From: a virus
IMG/VR virus record: IMGVR_UViG_3300021171_000010
Span: 9,552 to 73,551 of that record
Direction: 5' to 3' (one strand)
Length of the DNA stretch: 64,000 bases
Shown here piece after piece: positions 1-9,120 of this stretch. Made by a program: the position numbers and the translations under genes. A model generated the notes under the pieces. That model did no database searches. It was not told where the DNA came from and saw nothing but the letters and a program-made list of their open reading frames with translations. The number at the start of each line of letters is the position of its first letter. Position 1 is the first letter of the stretch.

Positions 1-7
1 GCAGAAA

Positions 8-1315
8 GTGGCGGCCCAAGACATCATGGGCGCTTCCATGACGCCCGGTTCGACGGAGCCGGCACAGTCGGCGCTTGATAAACTTTTTCAGGAGAACGAA
101 GCTCGACTGAAAGCGGCAGCGGGTGGGAAAGAGGCACCCGACCCGAACGCTACCCCCGCTACTCCGAAGACTACGGATGAGCCGGCGCCGAAGCCCGCCG
201 AGCCGGTAGCCGAGCCTAAGGCGGATGAGACTCCTGCCCCAGCAGCGGAGCCCACACCGGAGCAGAAGCGCGCTGAGGAGCTTTTCAAAGATGCGCCTAA
301 GCTTCCTACCGGCGCTAGTCCGAAGTCGGCCGAGGCCTTCAACCATGTTAAGGTGGAAGCGGCGAAAAAGATGATGGATTTGGAGAACAAACTTGCTGAG
401 ACATCGAAGGCTTTGGAAGAGGAGCGCAAGCGAGCTACCACTCCGACCACTGAGCAGCTTGAAAAAGAAAACGAGCTCAAGGAGCTCCGGAACTGGCGCG
501 CCAAGGTGGACGTTCAGTTTGACCCCGCGTTTCGAGAATTCGACAAGCAGATTTCTGAAGCGAGCGAATTTATTTACGCGCAGCTCAAGGAGTCGCCGGC
601 CATCAATGATGACCACATTAATCTTATTAAGCAATATGGTGGTCCACATAAGATTAATCTAACCAAGCTTTTCGAGACCATCAAAGACCCTACGCTGCAG
701 CGCTCGATTGAGAATCAGGTGAATGAGCTGAAGCGGATTGAATACCAGAAGGGCAAAAAGATTGCTGAGGCAAAAGACAACATCGAGACTTACACGCAGG
801 CGCGCGAGGAGCATTGGAAGAAGCAGGCAACCGCGCACACGATGGAAACTCAGAATCAGCTTACCGCGCTTTTCAAAGACAAGTCCATGGAATGGTTTGC
901 TCCAAAGAAGCCGGCTGATAGTGCGACAGCGGAGGAGAAGAAGGCCGCCGAGGCGCACAATGCTTTCATCTCAGAATTGAATGACCAGATAAAAGCCGCG
1001 GCCAATGACGATTCACCACAGATGCGCGCGGTTCTGGTCGCTGGCATGGCTCAGCTTTTCAATCTGCAGCGGGAGCATGCGAGCCTTAAGGCTCAATTGG
1101 AATCGGCCGTTAAAGAGCGTGATGCACTTTCCACTAAAATGGAAAAAATCAAGGCCTCTGCCACTACTCGGTTGCGCGAGAGCGCTGCGCCGGGCGAGGG
1201 TGTGCGGCAGCCAGCCAAGCCGGCTGTGGGTGTTAAGACGCGCACGGAAGACGCGGTTGACGCTCTGGCGCGCCAAGTGATGGAAGAGCGCCAAGCTAAG
1301 GGATTACCCGTCTGA
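8..1315 (+). CDS. Probable capsid scaffolding protein (may be 5'-truncated by the window edge)
   Basis: Pro/Ala/Glu-rich disordered N-terminus followed by long coiled coils; lies upstream of the capsid gene; the frame is open back to the window start. Confidence 0.5.
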   Translation: MAAQDIMGASMTPGSTEPAQSALDKLFQENEARLKAAAGGKEAPDPNATPATPKTTDEPAPKPAEPVAEPKADETPAPAAEPTPEQKRAEELFKDAPKLPTGASPKSAEAFNHVKVEAAKKMMDLENKLAETSKALEEERKRATTPTTEQLEKENELKELRNWRAKVDVQFDPAFREFDKQISEASEFIYAQLKESPAINDDHINLIKQYGGPHKINLTKLFETIKDPTLQRSIENQVNELKRIEYQKGKKIAEAKDNIETYTQAREEHWKKQATAHTMETQNQLTALFKDKSMEWFAPKKPADSATAEEKKAAEAHNAFISELNDQIKAAANDDSPQMRAVLVAGMAQLFNLQREHASLKAQLESAVKERDALSTKMEKIKASATTRLRESAAPGEGVRQPAKPAVGVKTRTEDAVDALARQVMEERQAKGLPV

Positions 1316-1320
1316 TTTAT

Positions 1321-2220
1321 ATGTCACTCGTTCCATCTGACCATGGTGCGGGAATCAATACGAAGCCGACCTTTCCGGCGACTTCGGTGATTCAATATGA
1401 CAAGAAGGTGCTGGTTGCGCTTCCTTGGCAGAAATCCGTTAATCCTATCACGTCTTTTTGCGTGTCCCAGCTAATGGACCGCCGGCGAACAGCGGCAATG
1501 ATTTCCTTCGGTGATGCTTTTGTGGCGCACACCAGGAACTCCTGCGCCGATGTTTTTCTTGAATCCCCGTGCGAGTGGATGCTGATGATTGATGACGACA
1601 TGATTTTGCCTTTCGGTGACCCCGGATGGTTTCGCACATACACGGGCTTTCAATTCGCTGAAAAATTCATGTCTTTGAATGCGATTGACCGGCTGATGAG
1701 TCACAAGAAAACCGTGGTGGGTGCTTTGTATTTCGGGCGTCATCCGGCGGCGCCGGCAGTCTTCAATGAAGGGCAAGCAGATAGCGCGGTGTCTGTTTAT
1801 TGTCGGCGCGGCCCGCACGATGAAATTCGCGCTACTAAGTGGGTAGGAACTGGCTGTTTGTTGGTGCATCGCTCAGTGTTCGAAGCTATTGAAAGAAAGT
1901 TTCCCAGGTTGGCTAGGAATGGAAAACGGGGAGGAAATTGGTTTACGTCTACTGAAGCCAGTGTAGTGTCTAAGCTTGAACAGATTCGCAGTGAGCTTCA
2001 GCAGGGGCCTTTGGATGGGACCAAAGCGTATAAAGCTTTGGAGGGCGTCACGGCGGCACTAGCCCTTGCAGAGCACGAGAACATGCTTGGGTTTGGTGAA
2101 GACGTCTCATTTTGTATGCGGGCAGCCGCGGTCGGGCACCCAGCGCACGTGGACCTGGGTTTGATTTGCGGCCACATTGGGCACGCCGTCTACGGGCCGC
2201 ACAACACCGGTTTGCGATGA
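1321..2220 (+). CDS. GT-A fold glycosyltransferase (GT2-like)
   Basis: 'HTRN..A..FL' segment, 'WMLMIDDDM' DxD motif, 'VGTGCLLVHRSVFE' and 'GEDVSFC..A' motifs. Confidence 0.8.
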   Translation: MSLVPSDHGAGINTKPTFPATSVIQYDKKVLVALPWQKSVNPITSFCVSQLMDRRRTAAMISFGDAFVAHTRNSCADVFLESPCEWMLMIDDDMILPFGDPGWFRTYTGFQFAEKFMSLNAIDRLMSHKKTVVGALYFGRHPAAPAVFNEGQADSAVSVYCRRGPHDEIRATKWVGTGCLLVHRSVFEAIERKFPRLARNGKRGGNWFTSTEASVVSKLEQIRSELQQGPLDGTKAYKALEGVTAALALAEHENMLGFGEDVSFCMRAAAVGHPAHVDLGLICGHIGHAVYGPHNTGLR

Positions 2221-2951
2221 GTCCCAAAATCCTAATATGCTTGGAGTTTTGGGAGGGCGACAAAGCCCAATCGATGCAGCTCGCGCGATTCATCGCCGAC
2301 CTTCAGCCCGGGCGCTGTGATTCTGCCGATTTTCTTTTCGTGTCACGTTTTGACTGTTCGCAGGATGCGGAAACAATTAAATATGTTGCTCGAAAGTTCA
2401 ACGTGCACCACTACCGCAGTCCGAAGTCTGGCACGGGTTGGCCTCATGGTTGCAATGAATTGTGGTTCGGTGCCATGGAGTGGATTTATCACATGATAGA
2501 GGCTAAGAAAGTGCCTCAATATAAGGCCATTTTTACAATCGAGGGAGACGGGCTTCCTCTGCAGTCAAACTGGATTGTGGACTTCTCTCGTAAGTGGGAT
2601 GAACTAAATGCTATAAAGCCTGTTTATGTAGCAGGCGCTATATTGAATCCCGGCGAAGACGGGGAGCACGTGAACGGCCAAGCGTTCTTCTCTGGTGACC
2701 TTCGATTTTTATTTTGGATTGTTAAACGAATTAACGGAGCTCCTTCGAATTGCGGCTGGGATTATTGGTTGCGGAAGGATTTTGCCCGATGGGGGCAGGC
2801 GCAGATGCCCGGGCTTCGTTGCTACTGGGGCACTAAGACTTTCTCACAGGAGCAGTATGAGCAGGAGCAACGAGATGGCACCGTGTGGCTGCACGGAGTT
2901 AAAGACAATTCACTATACTCAATGAGCCGAAAGAAACTCTTGAACGTATGA
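2217..2951 (+). CDS. Putative glycosyltransferase-like protein
   Basis: Starts at ATG 2217 with ATGA overlap; 'GWPHGCNELW', 'IFTIEGDG' (DxD variant), 'HVNGQA', 'GWDY', C-terminal 'WLHGVK'. Confidence 0.55.
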   Translation: MSPKILICLEFWEGDKAQSMQLARFIADLQPGRCDSADFLFVSRFDCSQDAETIKYVARKFNVHHYRSPKSGTGWPHGCNELWFGAMEWIYHMIEAKKVPQYKAIFTIEGDGLPLQSNWIVDFSRKWDELNAIKPVYVAGAILNPGEDGEHVNGQAFFSGDLRFLFWIVKRINGAPSNCGWDYWLRKDFARWGQAQMPGLRCYWGTKTFSQEQYEQEQRDGTVWLHGVKDNSLYSMSRKKLLNV

Positions 2952-3883
2952 TGGACCGAAATCGAAAAGTTTACGTGGCCGGACATCGTGGTCTCGCGGG
3001 CCGCGCAATTCTTCGGGAGCTAAATACCTTAGGATTTGAAAACGTGTTGACGATTCCGCACAATTTATTGGACCTACGAAATCAGAAGGAAGTTTTTTCG
3101 ATGTTCAAGCATGAGCGCCCCGATTACGTTTTTCTGTGTGCAGCTAAGGTGGGTGGAATTGTGGCGCATCTCAATTCGCCTGTTGATTTTTTGGTGGACA
3201 ATCTGGCCATCCAAACGAACGTTATGCAGGCGGCTAAGCAATGCGGCGTGGAAAAGCTTTTATTCTTGGGGTCTGCGTGCGCGTATCCGAAGTTTGCGCC
3301 TAATCCAATCAAGGAAGAGTATCTACTTACCGGCGAACTTGAGCCTTCAAACCGGGGGTATGCTCTGGCGAAGATTGCGGGCATTGAAGCGTGCAAGGCA
3401 TATCGAAGGCAATACAATTGTGATTTTATCGCGTGTATGCCAACTAACTTCTATGGGCCGGGCGACAACTATCATGCAGAAAATTCGCACGTTATTCCTG
3501 GCATGATACGCAAACTGCACGAAGCCAAAAAAGCAGGCGTCTGCAAAGCTGTATTGTGGGGGACCGGATTCCCGGTTCGTGAATTTATCTATTCCGACGA
3601 CTTGGCCCGCGCGTGTATTTTTCTCATGAATAATTACAGCAGCGGGGAGCTTATAAATTTAGGTTCCGGGGAGAATGTGACCTTGCGCGAATTGGCGCGT
3701 CTGGTAGCGGCCGCGGTGAATTACCAGGGCGATGTTATCTGGGATACGGAGAAACCGGACGGAACCCCCGAGCGAAGGCTAGATAATTCCAAGCTTTTTG
3801 AAATGGGCTGGCTGCCGACTGTTGGACTGGGCTATGGTTTGCTAGAAGCCTACAAAGATTTTTTATGCCGAGAGCACTTATAA
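2948..3883 (+). CDS. fcl: GDP-L-fucose synthase (GDP-4-keto-6-deoxymannose epimerase/reductase)
   Basis: 'VAGHRGLAG', 'AAKVGGI', '[10 protein letters not shown]', 'YALAK', '[11 protein letters not shown]', 'SHVIP', 'WGTG.PVREF', 'KPDGTP'. Confidence 0.95.
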   Translation: MMDRNRKVYVAGHRGLAGRAILRELNTLGFENVLTIPHNLLDLRNQKEVFSMFKHERPDYVFLCAAKVGGIVAHLNSPVDFLVDNLAIQTNVMQAAKQCGVEKLLFLGSACAYPKFAPNPIKEEYLLTGELEPSNRGYALAKIAGIEACKAYRRQYNCDFIACMPTNFYGPGDNYHAENSHVIPGMIRKLHEAKKAGVCKAVLWGTGFPVREFIYSDDLARACIFLMNNYSSGELINLGSGENVTLRELARLVAAAVNYQGDVIWDTEKPDGTPERRLDNSKLFEMGWLPTVGLGYGLLEAYKDFLCREHL

Positions 3884-4815
3884 CTGGAATAACCGGGCAG
3901 GATGGTAGCCATCTTGCTGAATTGCTGTTGTCAAAAGGCTATGAGGTGCATGGCATCATGCGCCGGGCTAGCACCTTCAACACGGCGCGTATCGACCACA
4001 TATGGGATAAACTGTATATTCACCATGGTGACCTAACGGATTCGGGCAATCTCTCGCGCATCGTTCACACAGTGGCGCCGGATGAGGTTTACAACTTGGG
4101 TGCGCAGTCGCACGTGAAGGTGTCCTTTGATGTTCCGGAATATTCTATGGAAGCGACCGGCGGCGGCTCGCTTCGATTGCTGGAAGCGGTGAAGGAATTC
4201 GCTCCTGGCGCTCGGTTTTATCAAGCGAGCTCGTCCGAGATGTTCGGCTCTTCGCCCCCGCCTCAGAATGAGTCCACCCCGTTTCATCCACGCAGCCCTT
4301 ACGGATGCGCAAAGGTTTTCGCCTACTGGACCGCGGTAAATTATCGAGAAGCTTACAAAATGCATGTGAGCAACGGGATTTTATTCAACCACGAGGGACC
4401 GCGCCGCGGAGAGACTTTTGTTACGCGAAAAATTACCCGGGCTGTGGCTCGAATAAGGAAGGGGCTGCAGAAAGAGCTGGTGCTTGGTAATCTTAATGCT
4501 CTTCGTGATTGGGGGTATGCCGGCGACTTTGTGGAGGCTATGTGGTTAATGGTGCAGAAATCTTGGGCTGATGATTACGTTATTGCTACGGGCGAGATGC
4601 ATACGGTGAAGGAATTTATTGAGCTCGCTTTCGATTATGTGGGCCTTCCCTGGGAGCCTTACGTGAAGACGGACCCTAAATATTTTCGTCCCTCTGAGGT
4701 GGATGCGCTGCAGGGCGATGCGACGAAAGCGTTTAAACAGCTCGGGTGGAAACCTAAAACTTCGTTTGCTGACCTTGTGGCGATGATGGTTGAGAACGAC
4801 CTAAAGATAGTATGA
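3865..4815 (+). CDS. gmd: GDP-mannose 4,6-dehydratase
   Basis: '[12 protein letters not shown]', '[13 protein letters not shown]', '[10 protein letters not shown]', 'PRSPYGCAK', '[20 protein letters not shown]', 'RDWG.A', 'RP.EVD'. Confidence 0.97.
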   Translation: MPRALITGITGQDGSHLAELLLSKGYEVHGIMRRASTFNTARIDHIWDKLYIHHGDLTDSGNLSRIVHTVAPDEVYNLGAQSHVKVSFDVPEYSMEATGGGSLRLLEAVKEFAPGARFYQASSSEMFGSSPPPQNESTPFHPRSPYGCAKVFAYWTAVNYREAYKMHVSNGILFNHEGPRRGETFVTRKITRAVARIRKGLQKELVLGNLNALRDWGYAGDFVEAMWLMVQKSWADDYVIATGEMHTVKEFIELAFDYVGLPWEPYVKTDPKYFRPSEVDALQGDATKAFKQLGWKPKTSFADLVAMMVENDLKIV

Positions 4816-5543
4816 ACAATAATACGATGGTTGTAGTTTGTGGATACGCGGGGGACGCGCATCAGATTCGAAATTTGATGCCTTATTATTTACACCATCG
4901 TTGTCCTGTCCTCATTTTGTCCCCTTCAGATTCTCCCATCACGCCCCAGCAGCTTCCTATCCGTAGAGAGCTTGGGTTTTTGACTGGGGGTAAGCGTGCA
5001 TACACCGGCCAAGAATCTCTTGACCGTCAGATTGAGCACATGCGATTGATGCTACGGTGCCCGGCTGAGTATAAATTTTTTCTCGCTCATGATTCGGATT
5101 CTGTTGTGTTGAGCCAAGAGCTTCCTAGCTATATCTACAATGAGCCCGATGTTCTGTGGTCAAATGAAGTCAGCGATGCGATGCATGACCCTCACCGACC
5201 GGCGGATTATTCATATCCGCATCTTGCTTTTCAGCCGCCATATTTTATGTCGCGAGGGGTCATTGAGCGTTTGTTAAGCGTAGCGCCGGCGGTGAAAGCG
5301 GACCCGCACACGCCCTTTATCGATTGGGCAATGATGGCCTGGGCCGTTAAGGCGGGGATTCCACACAAGAATTTTATTGAGGGCGCCAGTTGTCCCACTA
5401 CTCCTGGCTATGGTATTGACACGATGAAAGAACTTGTTGAAAGGCATGGGCGGTATTTCGTCCATTCGGTGAAAACCCCCGAGGCGTTGAAGACATTGGT
5501 GTGGGCTCGCGTAGCTTTTAAGAATCGTTTTAGGAAGGGTTGA
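4812..5543 (+). CDS. Putative glycosyltransferase-like protein
   Basis: N-terminal beta-alpha nucleotide-binding-like pattern, 'FFLAHDSDS' DxD motif, 'YFMSRG', terminal 'VHSVK'; translationally coupled to gmd. Confidence 0.55.
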   Translation: MNNNTMVVVCGYAGDAHQIRNLMPYYLHHRCPVLILSPSDSPITPQQLPIRRELGFLTGGKRAYTGQESLDRQIEHMRLMLRCPAEYKFFLAHDSDSVVLSQELPSYIYNEPDVLWSNEVSDAMHDPHRPADYSYPHLAFQPPYFMSRGVIERLLSVAPAVKADPHTPFIDWAMMAWAVKAGIPHKNFIEGASCPTTPGYGIDTMKELVERHGRYFVHSVKTPEALKTLVWARVAFKNRFRKG

Positions 5544-5635
5544 GTGTCTACTTTAGAATACACACTATTATCTCAGCTATGGGGGGATATCCCCCGGGGC
5601 CGCAGTTGCAGGCAGCGCAGGACTGTTAATCCAGC

Positions 5636-6136
5636 ATGCAAGTATCTGGCAATAGTGGAATTAGAGCAGGGAAGTTCTCCACTTCCCTTAAGATAGTCCC
5701 ACCCATAACCACGGCAAATTATTCGGCGGGCCAGAGCCTGGGAGGGCTCATAACATTGTCCAATGCTGTTAGAATAGCGGGCCAAGGTTCCACGCTGTCC
5801 AGTATTACGGTGGCGGACAACTCTAGGCAGAATGCCGCTTTTTCTATTGTGCTATTTGATGCTAAGCCCACTACAGCCACAATCACAGACCACGTAGCTT
5901 TTTCGTTTGGGGCAACAGATATTGCCAAAGCTGCCGCACTTTTTCCTATTACATCACAAGAATATGTGAATATAGATTCGGGGTCATCAATCGCGACCGT
6001 CCCGGGAATTAATGTTTACATAAAGAATAATGAGAATACTTTATTCTTATATGCAGCGCTCGTGGTAGCTGCTGGAGGCCCGCACTATACTTCAGTTTCT
6101 TCACTACAATTCATATTCGCGTTTTCCCAGGATTAA
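5636..6136 (+). CDS. Ser/Thr-rich beta-strand virion protein, paralog 1 of 3
   Basis: Shares 'P.I.T..Y..G..GGL.TL.NA', 'D.S.Q.A...I.LF', 'TDH..F.F', 'LYA' with 6140-6601 and the C-terminus of 8213-9118. Confidence 0.6.
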   Translation: MQVSGNSGIRAGKFSTSLKIVPPITTANYSAGQSLGGLITLSNAVRIAGQGSTLSSITVADNSRQNAAFSIVLFDAKPTTATITDHVAFSFGATDIAKAAALFPITSQEYVNIDSGSSIATVPGINVYIKNNENTLFLYAALVVAAGGPHYTSVSSLQFIFAFSQD

Positions 6137-6139
6137 TCA

Positions 6140-6601
6140 GTGGACAACACCAACTCAGTTGTAATAATTTTGCAACACCCTACAATTTCAACTGCTGCGT
6201 ATCAGACTGGTTTTGTGGTCGGGGGTCTTCAAACTTTATCGAATGCTTTGTCTTCGAGACAAACGGGAATTTTGAATTCTTTGCGTGTGCTCGATAGGTC
6301 TAATCAAAGGGCTCCTTTAGATGTGATTTTATTCAGCTCCCAACCCACAGCCGCAGCCACAGTAGACCACGCAGCGTTTTCATTTTCTACTGATGATTTG
6401 AAAGTCATTGCCATAATTTCAATTCTCACCACGGATTATGTGACTGTTGGCGGTAAGGCCTTGGCCACAGCACCTAACCTGGGACAATCTCTTGCGGTGC
6501 CTAGTGGGACCACGCTCTACGCCGTTGCTGTGACTTCTGGGACTCCTATATACACCACTGCAACGGACATTCAATTTGTTTGGGGATTCATTACAGATTG
6601 A
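6140..6601 (+). CDS. Ser/Thr-rich beta-strand virion protein, paralog 2 of 3
   Basis: Highly similar to the C-terminal ~150 aa of 8213-9118 (PTISTAAY/PTISTSAY, TGILNSL/TGILESL, STDDLKVI, GTTLYAVA.TSGTP). Confidence 0.65.
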   Translation: MDNTNSVVIILQHPTISTAAYQTGFVVGGLQTLSNALSSRQTGILNSLRVLDRSNQRAPLDVILFSSQPTAAATVDHAAFSFSTDDLKVIAIISILTTDYVTVGGKALATAPNLGQSLAVPSGTTLYAVAVTSGTPIYTTATDIQFVWGFITD

Positions 6602-6633
6602 TTTTTTCTGGGCATTCACCCACTGTTATTTTA

Positions 6634-6787
6634 GAGCCTTAAAAAGGTCCCGCCCCGGCTCATGCGGGAAGTTGCCTATTGCTGTTGGCCGCAGCGAAAA
6701 AGAAAACTGAGCGAGTCCAGTGTTTAGACCGCCCGGGCAAATTTCGGGGCACCGGCTGACAGTCCCCAGCAATTGTTAGGCAATTTT
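6634..6787 (+). promoter_or_regulatory. Structured 5' leader of the major capsid gene
   Basis: GAGCC(6634-38)/GGCTC(6657-61) and TCCCGC(6648-53)/GCGGGA(6664-69) interleave; TTGCCTA-TTGCTG(6672-84) pairs with CAGCAA..TAGGCAA(6767-83) just before ATG 6788; ACTGTTA motif at 6622-28. Confidence 0.55.
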
Positions 6788-8104
6788 ATGGCTTTTTTCT
6801 GCGATAATCCTAGCGCGATTTCTGATATTGCGTCAAAGGATACAAACCGCATCGTGGGCACCATCGCTAAAGCGCTGGCCGCGAATGCTCCTTTCATGAA
6901 CGTCATTCAGGGCGGAGTGTTTCCGTCTGGCACGTCTGACGCTATCCGGTCCATCGTCCAGATGCAGGCCGCTCCGGGCGACTCCCTGGCGGTTCCTAAT
7001 TTCGTCTGCGATACCGACATCTGCGGTCAGACTGGTATCCAGGACTTGACAGATACCGTTGAGTTTACCCTCCGGCTGGAAAGCTTCAGGGGTCGTGGTC
7101 CAAACATCTGCGTTAAGAAAGGCTACGCGGCCTTCAAAGGCAGTTATGTGATGGCTGAAGACTCGCTGAAGAAACTCGTTGTGCAGTATATCAACGCGGA
7201 CATCCGCGCTCAGTTATACCTGCGCTCTGCGAGCAAATTCACCGCGAATGCTGGCTATGATTTCAACTCGCTGTTCACCGGCGGTTTGGAAACTGACTTG
7301 GGTGTCAAGTTTGCGCCCCTGTTGCCTACCGGCCCCATGACCTTCAAGGCCTTGCATTTCATTGCGCGATATATGCGCGAGGTTCTTTTCGCCGAATGGT
7401 ATTCGGCCGACCAGGGCATGCCCCATTTTCGGTTCATCGGCAGCTCCGACCAAGTGGAATATTTCCGGTCGGAAGTCGGCGTGCAAAACGTCATGATTGG
7501 TTTGACCACTGGCGGTTATAAGCTCGGCGAGGAAACCCTCACCGCTTATTCCTTCGAACAGAGCCCTGCTTATCGGGGCATCGCGTTCGGTGTTGACCAG
7601 CGGCCTTTGCGGTCCACCGGCTTTAACGCTGATGGCACCCTGGCGCTGATTAACCCTATCACCATCGTGGCGAATCCTGCGCGCGGCGTTGCTTTCGCTA
7701 AGCCCAATCCGGCTTGGCTGAGCGCTCCATATGAAGTGGGTTTTCTCATCGCTGATGGCTCGTTTGAGCGTTTGGTGCCCGAGAAGTATGTTGGCGAAGG
7801 TTCCTTCAAGTTCGCGCCTCAGTTGCACATGGGCGAGCTCGAATGGCACTATATCATCGACAATCAATGTAATCAGTGGGGCGACTTTGGATGGCACAAG
7901 TATCAGATTACTCGCGCCTACCGGCCTTTGCGCCCGCAGCACATCGTGCCGATTCTGTATGGACGCTGCACCGCCGACCTGGGCTTGGTGGCTTGCGCTA
8001 ATCCTACTACCAGCACCTTCAGTGGGGCGTTCAGCTACACTAACGTGGGTGTTTGCGGCGACAATGAATCGCCTGTGATTGGGCCTGGATTCCCCACCCT
8101 CTGA
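6788..8104 (+). CDS. Major capsid protein
   Basis: 438 aa, codon usage typical of a highly expressed gene, own promoter and leader upstream, strong hairpin downstream, located downstream of the scaffold-like gene and before fibre genes. Confidence 0.75.
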   Translation: MAFFCDNPSAISDIASKDTNRIVGTIAKALAANAPFMNVIQGGVFPSGTSDAIRSIVQMQAAPGDSLAVPNFVCDTDICGQTGIQDLTDTVEFTLRLESFRGRGPNICVKKGYAAFKGSYVMAEDSLKKLVVQYINADIRAQLYLRSASKFTANAGYDFNSLFTGGLETDLGVKFAPLLPTGPMTFKALHFIARYMREVLFAEWYSADQGMPHFRFIGSSDQVEYFRSEVGVQNVMIGLTTGGYKLGEETLTAYSFEQSPAYRGIAFGVDQRPLRSTGFNADGTLALINPITIVANPARGVAFAKPNPAWLSAPYEVGFLIADGSFERLVPEKYVGEGSFKFAPQLHMGELEWHYIIDNQCNQWGDFGWHKYQITRAYRPLRPQHIVPILYGRCTADLGLVACANPTTSTFSGAFSYTNVGVCGDNESPVIGPGFPTL

Positions 8105-8140
8105 GCAAATCTAGCTCTCCCTGAGAGCTAAGCAGAAACG

Positions 8141-8172
8141 AGGGGCGCACAGTGGTCAGGCTGTGCGCCCCT
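8141..8172 (+). terminator. Strong hairpin after the capsid gene (terminator or mRNA stabiliser)
   Basis: AGGGGCGCACAG-8 nt-CTGTGCGCCCCT perfect 12-bp stem; no canonical U-tract. Confidence 0.55.
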
Positions 8173-8212
8173 TAATAAAAACTGACAAACATTTTATCCG
8201 TTAGGCGAATTT

Positions 8213-9118
8213 ATGGCATTCACCGAAGACACAGGCTTCAAGACCGGGGATTCTCTTTGGTCTCTCACTCGCAAGATTCTTTCTCGTCTCAACCAGGGTA
8301 TATCGACATCCGGAGGTGGTGGAGGTGGTGGGGGTGGCGGTCCTACTCAAATTCAGGATGGTGGTGGTAGTGGAGCTCTAGCAACCGTAACGGCGGCTAA
8401 TGCCGTTAAAACCGATGGAAGCGCAGTAACACAACCTATTTCCAATGCAAACCTGGGCAATCTTGACGTTTCTCTCTCTACTCGGCTGAAGCCCGCGGAT
8501 ACTCTTACCGCAGTCACTACGGTAGGAACTATCACGAATCCCGTCACAGTAGCACAGGCCACTGCGGCTAATCTCAAGGTAGATTTATCCGGCACGGGCG
8601 CCAATGCTACGGCGTTGAAAGTGGATGGCAGCGCGGTGACACAGCCAGTTAGCGGAAACGTGGGAGGTAAGACCGCCGTAATTAAAGCCAATCCGACTAT
8701 CAGCACGAGCGCCTATTCGGCCGGCTTCACTGTAGGGGCAATCCAAACTCTTGCGAATGCGTTCACCTCACAGAGCACAGGAATTTTGGAATCTTTGATT
8801 CTACTCGACAAGTCTAATCAGAAAGCGCCGATGGATATTCTGCTTTTCGATGCGAATCCCACCAACGCAACAACCACTGACCATGCGACTTTTGTAATCT
8901 CCACAGATGATTTGAAAGTGATTGGCCGAGTATCTGTAGCTGCGGGCGATTACGTAACCATCGCGAGCGGTGAGGCAGTGGCAATTAAAACCGGCCTGGG
9001 AATCGCGCTGAAGGCCGCGGCTGCCGGCACTACTCTCTATGCTGTGGCTATCACGTCAGGCACGCCCACTTATTCTGCCACTGCGCTGCAGTGGGTTTGG
9101 GGAATCCTGCAAGACTGA
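8213..9118 (+). CDS. Virion fibre or decoration protein (poly-Gly linker, DGSAVTQP repeats, C-terminal paralog 3 of 3)
   Basis: G10 linker, two 'K.DGSAVTQP.S' repeats, C-terminal domain shared with the 5636 and 6140 ORFs. Confidence 0.65.
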   Translation: MAFTEDTGFKTGDSLWSLTRKILSRLNQGISTSGGGGGGGGGGPTQIQDGGGSGALATVTAANAVKTDGSAVTQPISNANLGNLDVSLSTRLKPADTLTAVTTVGTITNPVTVAQATAANLKVDLSGTGANATALKVDGSAVTQPVSGNVGGKTAVIKANPTISTSAYSAGFTVGAIQTLANAFTSQSTGILESLILLDKSNQKAPMDILLFDANPTNATTTDHATFVISTDDLKVIGRVSVAAGDYVTIASGEAVAIKTGLGIALKAAAAGTTLYAVAITSGTPTYSATALQWVWGILQD

Positions 9119-9120
9119 GT

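Noticed and set aside
5579-5635. Mini-ORF in frame with 5636, suggesting TAA readthrough or a recoded stop
   Set aside because: TAA ends many genes normally and conserved enzymes are uninterrupted under the standard code
5590-5660. GGACTGTTAATCC resembles a tRNA-Asn anticodon arm
   Set aside because: No T-loop or acceptor stem; better explained as the ACTGTTA promoter motif
6700-6760. CTGAGCGAG looks like a hammerhead core
   Set aside because: Does not fit CUGANGA and lacks a correctly placed GAAA
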